Below, one piece after another: positions 39,117 through 47,808 of a stretch of DNA of 64,000 nt. Every line of letters starts with the position of its first letter. Position 1 is the first letter of the stretch. This stretch comes from Spirochaetia bacterium (GTDB lineage: Bacteria; Spirochaetota; Spirochaetia; SZUA-6; Bin103): NCBI GenBank assembly GCA_965208575.1, contig CBDBOV010000001.1, forward strand, positions 472,783-536,782, read 5' to 3'. The notes beneath the pieces were generated by a model that did not search any database, was not told the DNA's origin, and worked only from the letters and a program-made list of their open reading frames with translations. A program made the translations under genes and the position numbers.

Positions 39117-39842
39117 ATGAAGTTCGCGCCATACCACGACGAAGTCCTCCACGCGCTGCAGGGGCTGGGAGATCCCGCGTTCGGTCGACATATGGCCAAG
39201 GACCGCGGTTCGTCGCTCAAGTACGTGGGCATCCGCGTACCGGCCCTCCGCCGCCGAGTTCAGCAGGGATTCTCCTTCTACGACCTCGACCTGGCGACGG
39301 TACTGGCAGTCTGGGACGACCTGTGGATGGGCAGCGAGTGGGGCGATGTCCTGTTCGCCGCCGAGGAGTACTACCGGCCCATCGTCCGCAAGCGCGTGGA
39401 CGGCGCCTACTGGCCCGTGATGAAGCGATGGATCAACCGGGTCGACAACTGGTGCCACGCGGATGTGTTGAGTTGGACCTATTCACGCCTCCTCGAGGCA
39501 AACCCCACGACGGTCATGCCCGTGCTGGAGCAATGGAATGTGGACGCGGCGCTATGGCCACGCAGGGTGTCCGTCGTCAGCCTCATCCACTACTCCGGCA
39601 AGAACGCGGTGTTTCTGACGCCCGACGAGGTGTTGCCCATGGTGGACCGCTGCGTCGAGGATCGCCGTCAACCCATGCAGAAGGCCGTCGGCTGGGTGCT
39701 GCGCGAGATGTGGCGGGCGTACCCGATGGAGATCCAGGACTACCTCGAAGCCAATGCCGGTCGAATTGCACCGTCCGCCTTCACCCGCGCGATCGAACGC
39801 ATGGACGTTGCGACGCGCAGGGAAATGCGTGCGAAACAGTAG
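39117..39842 (+). CDS. DNA alkylation repair protein (AlkD-like)
   Basis: GIRVPALR, VDNWCHAD, QKAVGWVLRE. Confidence 0.85.
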   Translation: MKFAPYHDEVLHALQGLGDPAFGRHMAKDRGSSLKYVGIRVPALRRRVQQGFSFYDLDLATVLAVWDDLWMGSEWGDVLFAAEEYYRPIVRKRVDGAYWPVMKRWINRVDNWCHADVLSWTYSRLLEANPTTVMPVLEQWNVDAALWPRRVSVVSLIHYSGKNAVFLTPDEVLPMVDRCVEDRRQPMQKAVGWVLREMWRAYPMEIQDYLEANAGRIAPSAFTRAIERMDVATRREMRAKQ

Positions 39843-39997
39843 CCAGAAACCACGTAACGGTCGATCTCCGGCACCGAGGTGTGCAGGTGGCTGGCCACCC
39901 CCAAGCGTCGGCAATCGGTAGCGCGCGATCGTGTCGAGGTCAGCTACCGCTACCGATAGCGCTTTCCGGCGTTCCCGCCCGCGGGCGGAGGCGATCC

Positions 39998-40026
39998 TTG
40001 CCGGCGGGTGGGGGGTGGGGTAGGAT
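39998..40026 (+). promoter_or_regulatory. sigma70-type promoter of the second sugar ABC operon
   Basis: TTGCCG-N17-TAGGAT, 9 nt before the ATG. LacI-operator-like gatagcgctttc at 39955-39966. Confidence 0.55.
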
Positions 40027-40035
40027 GCGCGGGCG

Positions 40036-40986
40036 ATGAGGCCGGCTGCCGAATCACTGGCCGCGCCGCGGGTGCGGCATTCGCTGTGGCGCGACGCGCG
40101 CGTCAACTGGCAGCTCCACCTGCTGCTGCTGCTGCCGCTCATCTACCTGCTCATCTTCAAGTACGTGCCGATGTGGGGGGCGCAGATCGCGTTCCGCGAC
40201 TTCTTCGCCGTCAAGGGCATCGTCGGCAGCCCCTGGGTCGGCATGGCCAACTTCGAGCGCTTCTTCGAGTCGCCGCAGTTCTGGACCGTGCTCAGGAACA
40301 CGCTCGGGCTGTCGGCATACCAGATCGCGGCGATGTTTCCGATCCCGATCATCCTGGCGCTGGCGCTCAACAACGTCGAGCACCGCCGCTTCAAGAAGAC
40401 GGTGCAGCTCACCACGTACGCTCCCCACTTCATCTCCACGGTGGTGATGGCGGGCATGATCATGCGCTTCCTGTCGCTGCACACCGGGGTGGTCAACAGC
40501 GCGCTGGAGGGGCTCGGACTGGCGCGGATCTCGTTCATGAGCAGCCCGGAGCTGTTCCAGTCGATCTACGTGATCTCCGGAATCTGGCAGAACGCCGGCT
40601 GGGGCACCATCATCTACCTGGCGGCGCTCGCCGGCGTCGATCCGCAACTGCATGAGGCGGCGATCGTGGACGGCGCCTCCAAGCTGCAGCGCACGCGCCA
40701 CATCGACGTGCCGGGCATCCTGCCGGTGGCGATCATCCTGCTGATCCTGGAGACCGGGCGCATCATGCAGGTGGGGTTCGAGAAGGCGTTGCTGCTGCAG
40801 ACGCCCCTGAACCTGACCACCTCCGAGGTGATCCAGACCTACGTGTACAAGATCGGGCTCGCCTCGCCGGTGCCCGACTACTCGTTCGCCACCGCCATCG
40901 GGCTGTTCAACTCGGTGGTCAACCTCGCGCTGATCCTGGTGGTGAATTGGATCGCGCGCCGCTTGAGCGATACCAGCCTGTGGTAG
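40036..40986 (+). CDS. Carbohydrate ABC permease (LplB-like), paralog of 32780-33736
   Basis: YAPHFISTVV and HEAAIVDGASK. Confidence 0.93.
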   Translation: MRPAAESLAAPRVRHSLWRDARVNWQLHLLLLLPLIYLLIFKYVPMWGAQIAFRDFFAVKGIVGSPWVGMANFERFFESPQFWTVLRNTLGLSAYQIAAMFPIPIILALALNNVEHRRFKKTVQLTTYAPHFISTVVMAGMIMRFLSLHTGVVNSALEGLGLARISFMSSPELFQSIYVISGIWQNAGWGTIIYLAALAGVDPQLHEAAIVDGASKLQRTRHIDVPGILPVAIILLILETGRIMQVGFEKALLLQTPLNLTTSEVIQTYVYKIGLASPVPDYSFATAIGLFNSVVNLALILVVNWIARRLSDTSLW

Positions 40987-41909
40987 CCCGAGAGCCCACC
41001 CTCGACCTGCATCGCGTGGTGCGCCGGCGCATCGGCAAGAGCCGCGTGGACGTGATCTTCGACGGCTTCAACTACACGTTCCTGGCGCTGGTGCTGATCG
41101 GTGTCGCCTACCCGCTGATCTACATCGTCAGTGCATCGCTCAGCGCCCCGCAGGCGACCATCGGCGGCCAGGTGTGGCTGCTGCCGGTGAAGCCCACGCT
41201 GCGCGCCTACGAGGCGATCTTCGAGTACCGCAAGGTGTGGATCGGCTACGGCAACAGCCTGTTCTATGCCAGCGTCGGCACCGCCATCAACATCGTGCTC
41301 ACCGTGATGGCCGCCTACCCGCTGTCGCGCCCCGACTTCAAGGCGCGCCACCTCTACATGGCGCTGCTGGTGTTCACCATGCTGTTCAACGGCGGCATCA
41401 TCCCCAACTACCTGCTGGTGCGCGACCTGGGCATCCTCAACACGCGCTGGGCGATGCTGCTGCCGCAGGGCCTGTTGGTATGGAACGTGATCATTACCCG
41501 CACCTACTACCAGACCACGATCAGCTCCGGCCTGCTGGAGGCGGCGCGCATCGACGGCTGCAGCGACCTGCGCTTCGTGTGGTCGATCGTGGTGCCGCTG
41601 TCGGGCGCCATCACCGCGGTCAACGCGCTGTTCTACGCGGTGTTCCACTGGAACACCTTCTTCGACGCGTTCATCTACCTGAACAAGGAGGAGCTGTACC
41701 CGCTGCAGATCTTCCTGCGCGCCATCCTGATCATCAACACCGTGGAGGCGGAACTGATGGATCCCAAGGAGTTGGAGGCGCTGGAGGGGATGCGCGACCT
41801 GCTGCAGTTCGCCCTGATCATCGTCGCCAGCCTGCCGGTGCTGATCGCCTACCCGTTCGTGCAGAAGTACTTCGTGCGCGGCGTGATGATCGGCTCGTTG
41901 AAGGAATAG
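40980..41909 (+). CDS. Carbohydrate ABC permease (LplC-like), paralog of 33762-34649
   Basis: GGIIPNYL, EAARIDG, YPFVQKYFVRGVMIGS. Confidence 0.93.
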   Translation: MVAREPTLDLHRVVRRRIGKSRVDVIFDGFNYTFLALVLIGVAYPLIYIVSASLSAPQATIGGQVWLLPVKPTLRAYEAIFEYRKVWIGYGNSLFYASVGTAINIVLTVMAAYPLSRPDFKARHLYMALLVFTMLFNGGIIPNYLLVRDLGILNTRWAMLLPQGLLVWNVIITRTYYQTTISSGLLEAARIDGCSDLRFVWSIVVPLSGAITAVNALFYAVFHWNTFFDAFIYLNKEELYPLQIFLRAILIINTVEAELMDPKELEALEGMRDLLQFALIIVASLPVLIAYPFVQKYFVRGVMIGSLKE

Positions 41910-42048
41910 AGAGAATTGAAGACCAAGACATTACCACATGGCTCTACAAAATGAGTAACGGCAGACACTGGGCTATATCACGCCGGGGATCTGTGATACC
42001 GGGCCGGGCGGACGGGATTCGGGCCTCGCTCAACTTTGTGCCGAATCG

Positions 42049-43497
42049 GTGATTCCTGACGAGAGCGTCGCTGCGCTCCCTCCATCTCCAGCTGAACTTA
42101 GTGCACGACTTCCGCTCCGTAGTGGCGCGCGTTCTGCGAGCCCGAACGATTCCGTACGTCGACACGATCGGCACCGGCCGGTGAGCGTCAATAAGGGAGA
42201 CGTTGATGAGACAGACTATACCGAAACTCTTGGACGATTGTTAAGAGCATACCGACGCGAGAGCCGTGCGATCGAGGTGAACTTCCGCGAGCTCGTTCCG
42301 TTGCGTACTGGCGTGGATCGGGCTACGCATCTTTTCCATCCATATCCCGCCAAACTGCTATTGAATATCCCCCTGTTCTTCCTACGATGTAGTCAACTAG
42401 GCCGTACTGGATCACTTCGTGACCCCTTTTGTGGAACGGGCACCGTACTAGTTGAAGGTGCACTTGCTGGATGGGACATCTCTGGAGCTGATGCCAACCC
42501 GCTCGCTCGCCTAATCACCAAAGCGAAACTAACTCATTTTGAAACACAGCACCTGACGTCGGCGGGCGAACGGGTTTGCAAACATGCCAAGGACGTAATC
42601 GGAGTCTTCTCTCCCGTAGTAGATGTCGACTTCTGGTTTCCCAGAAGAGTACAACGACGCCTTGGCGGACTCGTGAAGTCGATAGAATCGGAGCAGTGTG
42701 TTGACTTACGACGGTTCTTACAGGTCTGTCTTTCTTGCGTCGTTCGAAGGGTCAGCTATGCAGATCCCCGTATACCGGTACCCGTGAAAGCGAGCGCGGA
42801 TTCCAAACATTCATCCTTCGTAGAGAATGCCTGCGTTCACGACGTTTTCCTGCGAGTAGTTGAGGAGAACGCACGGCGGCTCCAGCGCTTCCACCATATT
42901 CGACCAGCCACGCGCCGTGCATTGACTCTGTCGACAGATGCTCGGGGTACGGCGGATGAGTCACGGCTGCGGGAGGACGTCGATTTAGTGATAACGTCGC
43001 CACCATATGTCGGTGCTCAGAAGTACATTAGAGCGAGTAGCCTTAGCATCGGGTGGCTTGGCCTTGCTCCGGGAGACAAGCTTCGCCCACTAGAGCGAGA
43101 GAACATCGGACGCGAACACTATGACCGTGCAGATTACACAAGGCCGGATTTTGAATTCGGATCACTTGGCTATGACATATTGACCAAGATTCGGGAGAAC
43201 AATCCACTTAGGGCACACATCGCATCGACCTACCTGAAGGAGATGCAGTCTGCGCTGCAAGAGACTGTGAGACGGTTGCGGACTGGAGGCCATCTAGTAC
43301 TTATCTCTGGGAATAACACTGTTGCCGGCTACCACTTTCCAACGAGCAGATTTCTGGCGCAACTTGCGATCAATCAGGGGCTGTCGCTGCGACTTGAGTT
43401 GGTCGATGATATACGGTCGCGGGGACTAATGACCAAGCGGAATAGGACCGCCGGTATCATTAGTCGGGAGCACATACATTTGTTTCGGAAGTTATGA
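42049..43497 (+). CDS. Amino (probably N4-cytosine) DNA methyltransferase, alpha-type motif order
   Basis: HPYPAK, SAM-binding DPFCGTG, catalytic TSPPY. Start uncertain (42049 or 42181). Confidence 0.9.
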   Translation: MIPDESVAALPPSPAELSARLPLRSGARSASPNDSVRRHDRHRPVSVNKGDVDETDYTETLGRLLRAYRRESRAIEVNFRELVPLRTGVDRATHLFHPYPAKLLLNIPLFFLRCSQLGRTGSLRDPFCGTGTVLVEGALAGWDISGADANPLARLITKAKLTHFETQHLTSAGERVCKHAKDVIGVFSPVVDVDFWFPRRVQRRLGGLVKSIESEQCVDLRRFLQVCLSCVVRRVSYADPRIPVPVKASADSKHSSFVENACVHDVFLRVVEENARRLQRFHHIRPATRRALTLSTDARGTADESRLREDVDLVITSPPYVGAQKYIRASSLSIGWLGLAPGDKLRPLERENIGREHYDRADYTRPDFEFGSLGYDILTKIRENNPLRAHIASTYLKEMQSALQETVRRLRTGGHLVLISGNNTVAGYHFPTSRFLAQLAINQGLSLRLELVDDIRSRGLMTKRNRTAGIISREHIHLFRKL

Positions 43498-43516
43498 GCC
43501 GCGGGAGGGTTGTTCG

Positions 43517-44467
43517 ATGGTTCGGGAAGCGCTAGAAGAAAAGATCAGGATTCTGAATCAGTTTGTATGGGAGGATCGGGTCCGGGGCCCAACTCTGGCG
43601 GACTGGTTGAACCAGTTCTCGTGCGATGGTGATTTGGAGGACGATGAGCAGTTGCAGGCTCTTTTCTTGTTGAGTCATTTTCTGTATTTTGGTCAGGACG
43701 AATTGCGGTGTTTGGTGAAATCGTTATACCGCGATCAGATTCGGGCACCCATGCTTCGCGATATTCGTTATAGAAACGGAGACACTACCGACTGGAGGGT
43801 GTTACGTGCGAAATTTGGCAAGGAGCTTGGCGCGAGTAGATTTTTGCCAATTGGCAACCCTGCGGAGAGCGGGGCTCATATCCTGTATTACTTTCGGCAG
43901 GAAAACGGACTCTCAAGGAGCCTATTTAGGAGTGCACATGAGGTCTTTGAACGTCAAGTGACTGGAAGGCGCGTGGTATTGGCGATTCGTGAGCAGAGGG
44001 TAAAGAACTACGTATTCATTGACGATGTGCGCGGTTCGGGGTCACAAGTGAAATCATTTTGCGTCGACATGGTTTGTGCGCTCAAGTCACTTGGATCAAG
44101 GGCGAGAGTTTATTACTTCGCACTATTCGGAACGACGCACGGGCTTGATGCGGTTCGTTCGCTTGGGGTGTTTGACCGCGTGGAAGCGGTATTTGTACTA
44201 GACGAATCTTTTAAGACGGTTGACACGAACTCAAGGATATTCGGTGGGGAGCAGGGTCCGTTTGATCGGGATAAGATTCGGGCTACGTGTGAGAAGTACG
44301 GTCTAAGATTGTTTCCGAAGCACCCACTTGGATACCGGGATGGACAATTGGCTATCGGTTTTAGTTACAATACCCCGAATAATTCGCTTCCAATATTCTG
44401 GGCGGAACGGGAAGCCGGAGCCGCCTCGTGGAGACCGGCGTTTCGCCGTTATTCTAAGGTTTATTGA
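43517..44467 (+). CDS. Phosphoribosyltransferase-like protein (PRTase-CE-like)
   Basis: PRPP-loop-like YVFIDDVRGSG, GNPAESG, PLGY...NTPNNSLPIFW; GGGAGG RBS. Confidence 0.75.
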   Translation: MVREALEEKIRILNQFVWEDRVRGPTLADWLNQFSCDGDLEDDEQLQALFLLSHFLYFGQDELRCLVKSLYRDQIRAPMLRDIRYRNGDTTDWRVLRAKFGKELGASRFLPIGNPAESGAHILYYFRQENGLSRSLFRSAHEVFERQVTGRRVVLAIREQRVKNYVFIDDVRGSGSQVKSFCVDMVCALKSLGSRARVYYFALFGTTHGLDAVRSLGVFDRVEAVFVLDESFKTVDTNSRIFGGEQGPFDRDKIRATCEKYGLRLFPKHPLGYRDGQLAIGFSYNTPNNSLPIFWAEREAGAASWRPAFRRYSKVY

Positions 44468-44469
44468 CG

Positions 44470-46470
44470 ATGAACACTTACAAGATAGACGAAAACCCTT
44501 TCGCGGTTACCAAGGCCAATGACCTTGACAACGAGGAGATCTTGACATACTGGGTGCATACGCCGGGCGGCGCGGATGATGTCGCCGAGTACGTGCGTCC
44601 ACGGTCGGCGACGCCCATGTTTGTGCTTGGCGGGAAGGGATGCGGTAAAACCCACCTATTGAGGTATCATTCCTATGACCTACAGAGGCTCAGATGGGAG
44701 CAACGCGGCCAAACGGAGCGCGTTGGGATTCTTGATGATGGATACATAGGGATCTACCTATTGTGCGGTGGTATCGATACTGGCCGGTTCGCCGGAAAGG
44801 GGCAGAGGGCCGCACAGTGGGATGAGCTTTTTGCCTACTATGTGGAGTTGTGGGCCGCGGCGCGACTGATTGCGACCGTCGACGACTCTCTTTGGCATGA
44901 GGAATACGATCGTGAACAGCTTTGTAGGGAAATCATTGATCTTTTCGATGAACCACCCGACGGTAAAGCAAACTCACTAAGCGACTTAGTTAAGCTTATC
45001 ACACACATAAAAAAGGATCTCGATCTTCAGATAAATAACTGTGCTTTCTCGGGAAAGTTGGATGTTCGAGTGTTAGCAACCCGAGGGCGATTGATTTTCG
45101 GTATTCCGAGGATTTTGTCGAGGACGATAGATATGTTTTCTGACATCTCCTTCGTATACATAGTCGACGAACTAGAGAATCTATCGGAATCGCAACAACG
45201 ATTAGTCAACTCGCTAGTACGAGATAGAAAACTTCCAGCTACATTTCGGATAGGAGCACGGCGATATGGGGTAAAGACTCACAGAACGGACGCCAGCCAA
45301 GAGGAAAATATTCCAGATTCGGAGTTTGAAGAAGTATTCCTTGACGATGCGTTTCGGAGGAGAAAGGAAGCCTATCGCTCGTTTGCAAAACAACTACTAG
45401 GTAAGCGAATTGTCCCGATCGGGGAAGGTCGGTCGCGAATAGCGAGAGACTTGTCGCTGATGTTTGAGATTCAGAATGAGCGATGGAATAGTAATCTGTA
45501 TATGGATATTGTCGACTCGGTACCATCGCAAGAGCGGCGTCATTTCCGTGACCTGCTTGATAAACTAGAATCGGCGAAAGTGGCTAATGCGCATCAGATT
45601 ATTGACGAGCTTGCCGTGGAGAAGTACCCTTTGATCGAAAAGGTCAACATACTCCTATTTTTTGGAGCCTTGAAGTCCGGACACGACGCCCTCGGGGAAG
45701 CGAAAGGGATTCGAGAGGAGTGCGAAATATTCTTGTCCGAAGACGGCCGTGGCAGCCGTCAAAATAGAGTCATGCGAACGTTGGGACATTATCGATCTGA
45801 TTTGGTGGCGCAGCTCCGACGGGAGAACCGAGTGAGGAACCTCTATCTGGGCCTCGAAAACCTTGTGGCTATGTCTGGTGGACTGCCCCGAGCGCTCCTC
45901 ACGACGCTCAGGAACATATTTGATTGGTCGATCTACAAGGGTGAGGATCCGCTCTCACTGCGGGGGATTTCAATCGATGCACAGTACCGTGGCGTGAGCC
46001 GGGCATCTGAGTGGTTCTTCGACGTGAATGTCCGTAAGGCCGGATCCGATGGGCGTCTCGTCCAGAGCGCGGCGGACAGATTGGGGCAGTTGTTCAGAAC
46101 CAATCGATTTGCGGATAGGCCCGTGGAGTGTTCATTGAACAGTTTCTCTGTTGCCGAACATGAACTTAGCGCCGAGTCAAGGCGCGTGTTGAGGCTCTGT
46201 GAGGACCGATCACTGTTGAACAGAGTGACGAATAGCCAGAAGCACCGGAACACAAAGAGGATTGAGCTAAAATTCCAATTACACCCCATGCTGTGTCCCC
46301 GATGGCAATTGCCACTAGGCCGGAGAGGTGTGTTACCGCTAAGTGCGGAGGTAGCCGACAATATATTCGACATACGGCTAGACGAACGGTTTCAGGAGTA
46401 CCTACGGCGATTTCGGACGGCGAGGAGCTTTTCGAATCTCGGTGTAAACCTTCAGCGGACGCTATTCTGA
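44470..46470 (+). CDS. ORC/CDC6-like AAA+ ATPase
   Basis: NPF N-terminus, Walker A GGKGCGKT, Walker B YIVDELENL, SGGLPR sensor-like motif, probable C-terminal winged helix. Confidence 0.8.
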   Translation: MNTYKIDENPFAVTKANDLDNEEILTYWVHTPGGADDVAEYVRPRSATPMFVLGGKGCGKTHLLRYHSYDLQRLRWEQRGQTERVGILDDGYIGIYLLCGGIDTGRFAGKGQRAAQWDELFAYYVELWAAARLIATVDDSLWHEEYDREQLCREIIDLFDEPPDGKANSLSDLVKLITHIKKDLDLQINNCAFSGKLDVRVLATRGRLIFGIPRILSRTIDMFSDISFVYIVDELENLSESQQRLVNSLVRDRKLPATFRIGARRYGVKTHRTDASQEENIPDSEFEEVFLDDAFRRRKEAYRSFAKQLLGKRIVPIGEGRSRIARDLSLMFEIQNERWNSNLYMDIVDSVPSQERRHFRDLLDKLESAKVANAHQIIDELAVEKYPLIEKVNILLFFGALKSGHDALGEAKGIREECEIFLSEDGRGSRQNRVMRTLGHYRSDLVAQLRRENRVRNLYLGLENLVAMSGGLPRALLTTLRNIFDWSIYKGEDPLSLRGISIDAQYRGVSRASEWFFDVNVRKAGSDGRLVQSAADRLGQLFRTNRFADRPVECSLNSFSVAEHELSAESRRVLRLCEDRSLLNRVTNSQKHRNTKRIELKFQLHPMLCPRWQLPLGRRGVLPLSAEVADNIFDIRLDERFQEYLRRFRTARSFSNLGVNLQRTLF

Positions 46471-47429
46471 TGCGAGACTACACGCACTTGTACCGGCGCG
46501 AGTTGCATCCGAAAGAAGACTGGAAAGACCATTGGGATTTCTTTCTATCGGCATACAATTCGTCAGATCGCGTACAGCTTGCGTTCGAGAAGGTGTCCGC
46601 AACGGCTAAGTTGTGGATAATTCATGAGGAGTATGGGTATTGTGAGTCGGAACTCCCTCCGGATGCACCGTTCCTTTCGGAGGCAATGAGCGAGGTGTCG
46701 ATGCGTAGGATTTGGGATGAACATATTGCGGGAGCGAGTGACACGGGACGGCGGATCTGCATCGATGCAACAGGTTTCATGAGGCCACACCTAGTCTATT
46801 TTATGGCCCTATTGGTTTCGAACGGCATCCTAAAGTTTGACGTGCTCTATTCAGAGCCCGACTACTATACACGGAAGGACGAGACAGAGTTTTCAAGTAG
46901 CGAGGTGGAAGTTGTAAGGCCGGTCGATGGGTATGCTGGCGTGAGCGGCGATGGTGGTGAGGGCGAGGTACTGATAATCGGAGCCGGTTATGAGACGCAT
47001 CTTGTGCAGGAGGTCGCCGAGGACAAGGACCGTGCGAGGAAGGTCCTGATTTTGGGCCTCCCGTCACTTCGCGCGGATATGTATCAGCAGAACGCATGGA
47101 GGACATGGCGGGCTGAAGACGCACTGGAGCGGGGTAGAGTGGATAGGTACTTTGCTCCTGCGGCAGACCCATTCGCGACGGCGACAGTTCTGAGTGAGTT
47201 GATTCATCGTGAACGGAATAGGGGCGATGTCACTCACCTATACATAGCGCCGTTAGCCACGAACGCCCAGGCCGTCGGGTTTGCGCTATGTTATCTCTCA
47301 GAGTATGTTGGGAGCAATACAAGCATTATATTCCCATTTACGCGTCGATACGGGAAGCAGACGGCAGTTGGATTTTCGCGGACTTGGGTGCATACGATGG
47401 AGTTCGCTTCGGCAGCCGGAGGACGTTGA
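46470..47429 (+). CDS. Hypothetical alpha/beta protein (319 aa) coupled to the ATPase
   Basis: TGATG stop/start overlap. Motifs IDATGFMRP, YSEPDYY, IGAGYE, IAPLAT. Confidence 0.8.
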   Translation: MRDYTHLYRRELHPKEDWKDHWDFFLSAYNSSDRVQLAFEKVSATAKLWIIHEEYGYCESELPPDAPFLSEAMSEVSMRRIWDEHIAGASDTGRRICIDATGFMRPHLVYFMALLVSNGILKFDVLYSEPDYYTRKDETEFSSSEVEVVRPVDGYAGVSGDGGEGEVLIIGAGYETHLVQEVAEDKDRARKVLILGLPSLRADMYQQNAWRTWRAEDALERGRVDRYFAPAADPFATATVLSELIHRERNRGDVTHLYIAPLATNAQAVGFALCYLSEYVGSNTSIIFPFTRRYGKQTAVGFSRTWVHTMEFASAAGGR

Positions 47430-47808
47430 TAGGTGGCAATGTCGTGCCAAGCGATTGAGGGAGGGGCTTACGCATCGCCGCCTATGGAGCGCAATACGGT
47501 TCTGCCGGAGCGACGGCGCATGTCGACGCGTTATTCGCGACGTTTACAATCGCGTGAGTGAAGGTGCGAGAGGGTAAAGAGCGGGGATAGTTAGGAATGA
47601 GACTGGTAGTTTGTCTGCTGCGTATCGTTCGGGGAGTTCGGGCGGCATTGTTGTAGGGAGGGGCACCACGGGAGAGTATCGCGATGTTCTCGACGGTTGG
47701 CACCGACCGCCGATCGTGGTACAAGGGGTTACAGTCTTACCGCATCAGTTGCGGCGAGAAACGACCGGCGGCCGTGTGTGCGGCCCGCCGCTAGAAGGAG
47801 GAAGTCGC

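Larger units (their letters stand above)
41910..47750. other. Lower-GC island inserted between the permeases and SBP of an ABC operon
   Basis: Abrupt change in base composition and codon usage right after the permease stop. No integrase or flanking repeats seen. Right edge approximate. Confidence 0.8.

Noticed and set aside
47430-47750. Fifth island gene or attachment repeat at the right edge of the island
   Set aside because: Only short ORFs without motifs, and no direct repeat matching the left junction was found by eye.
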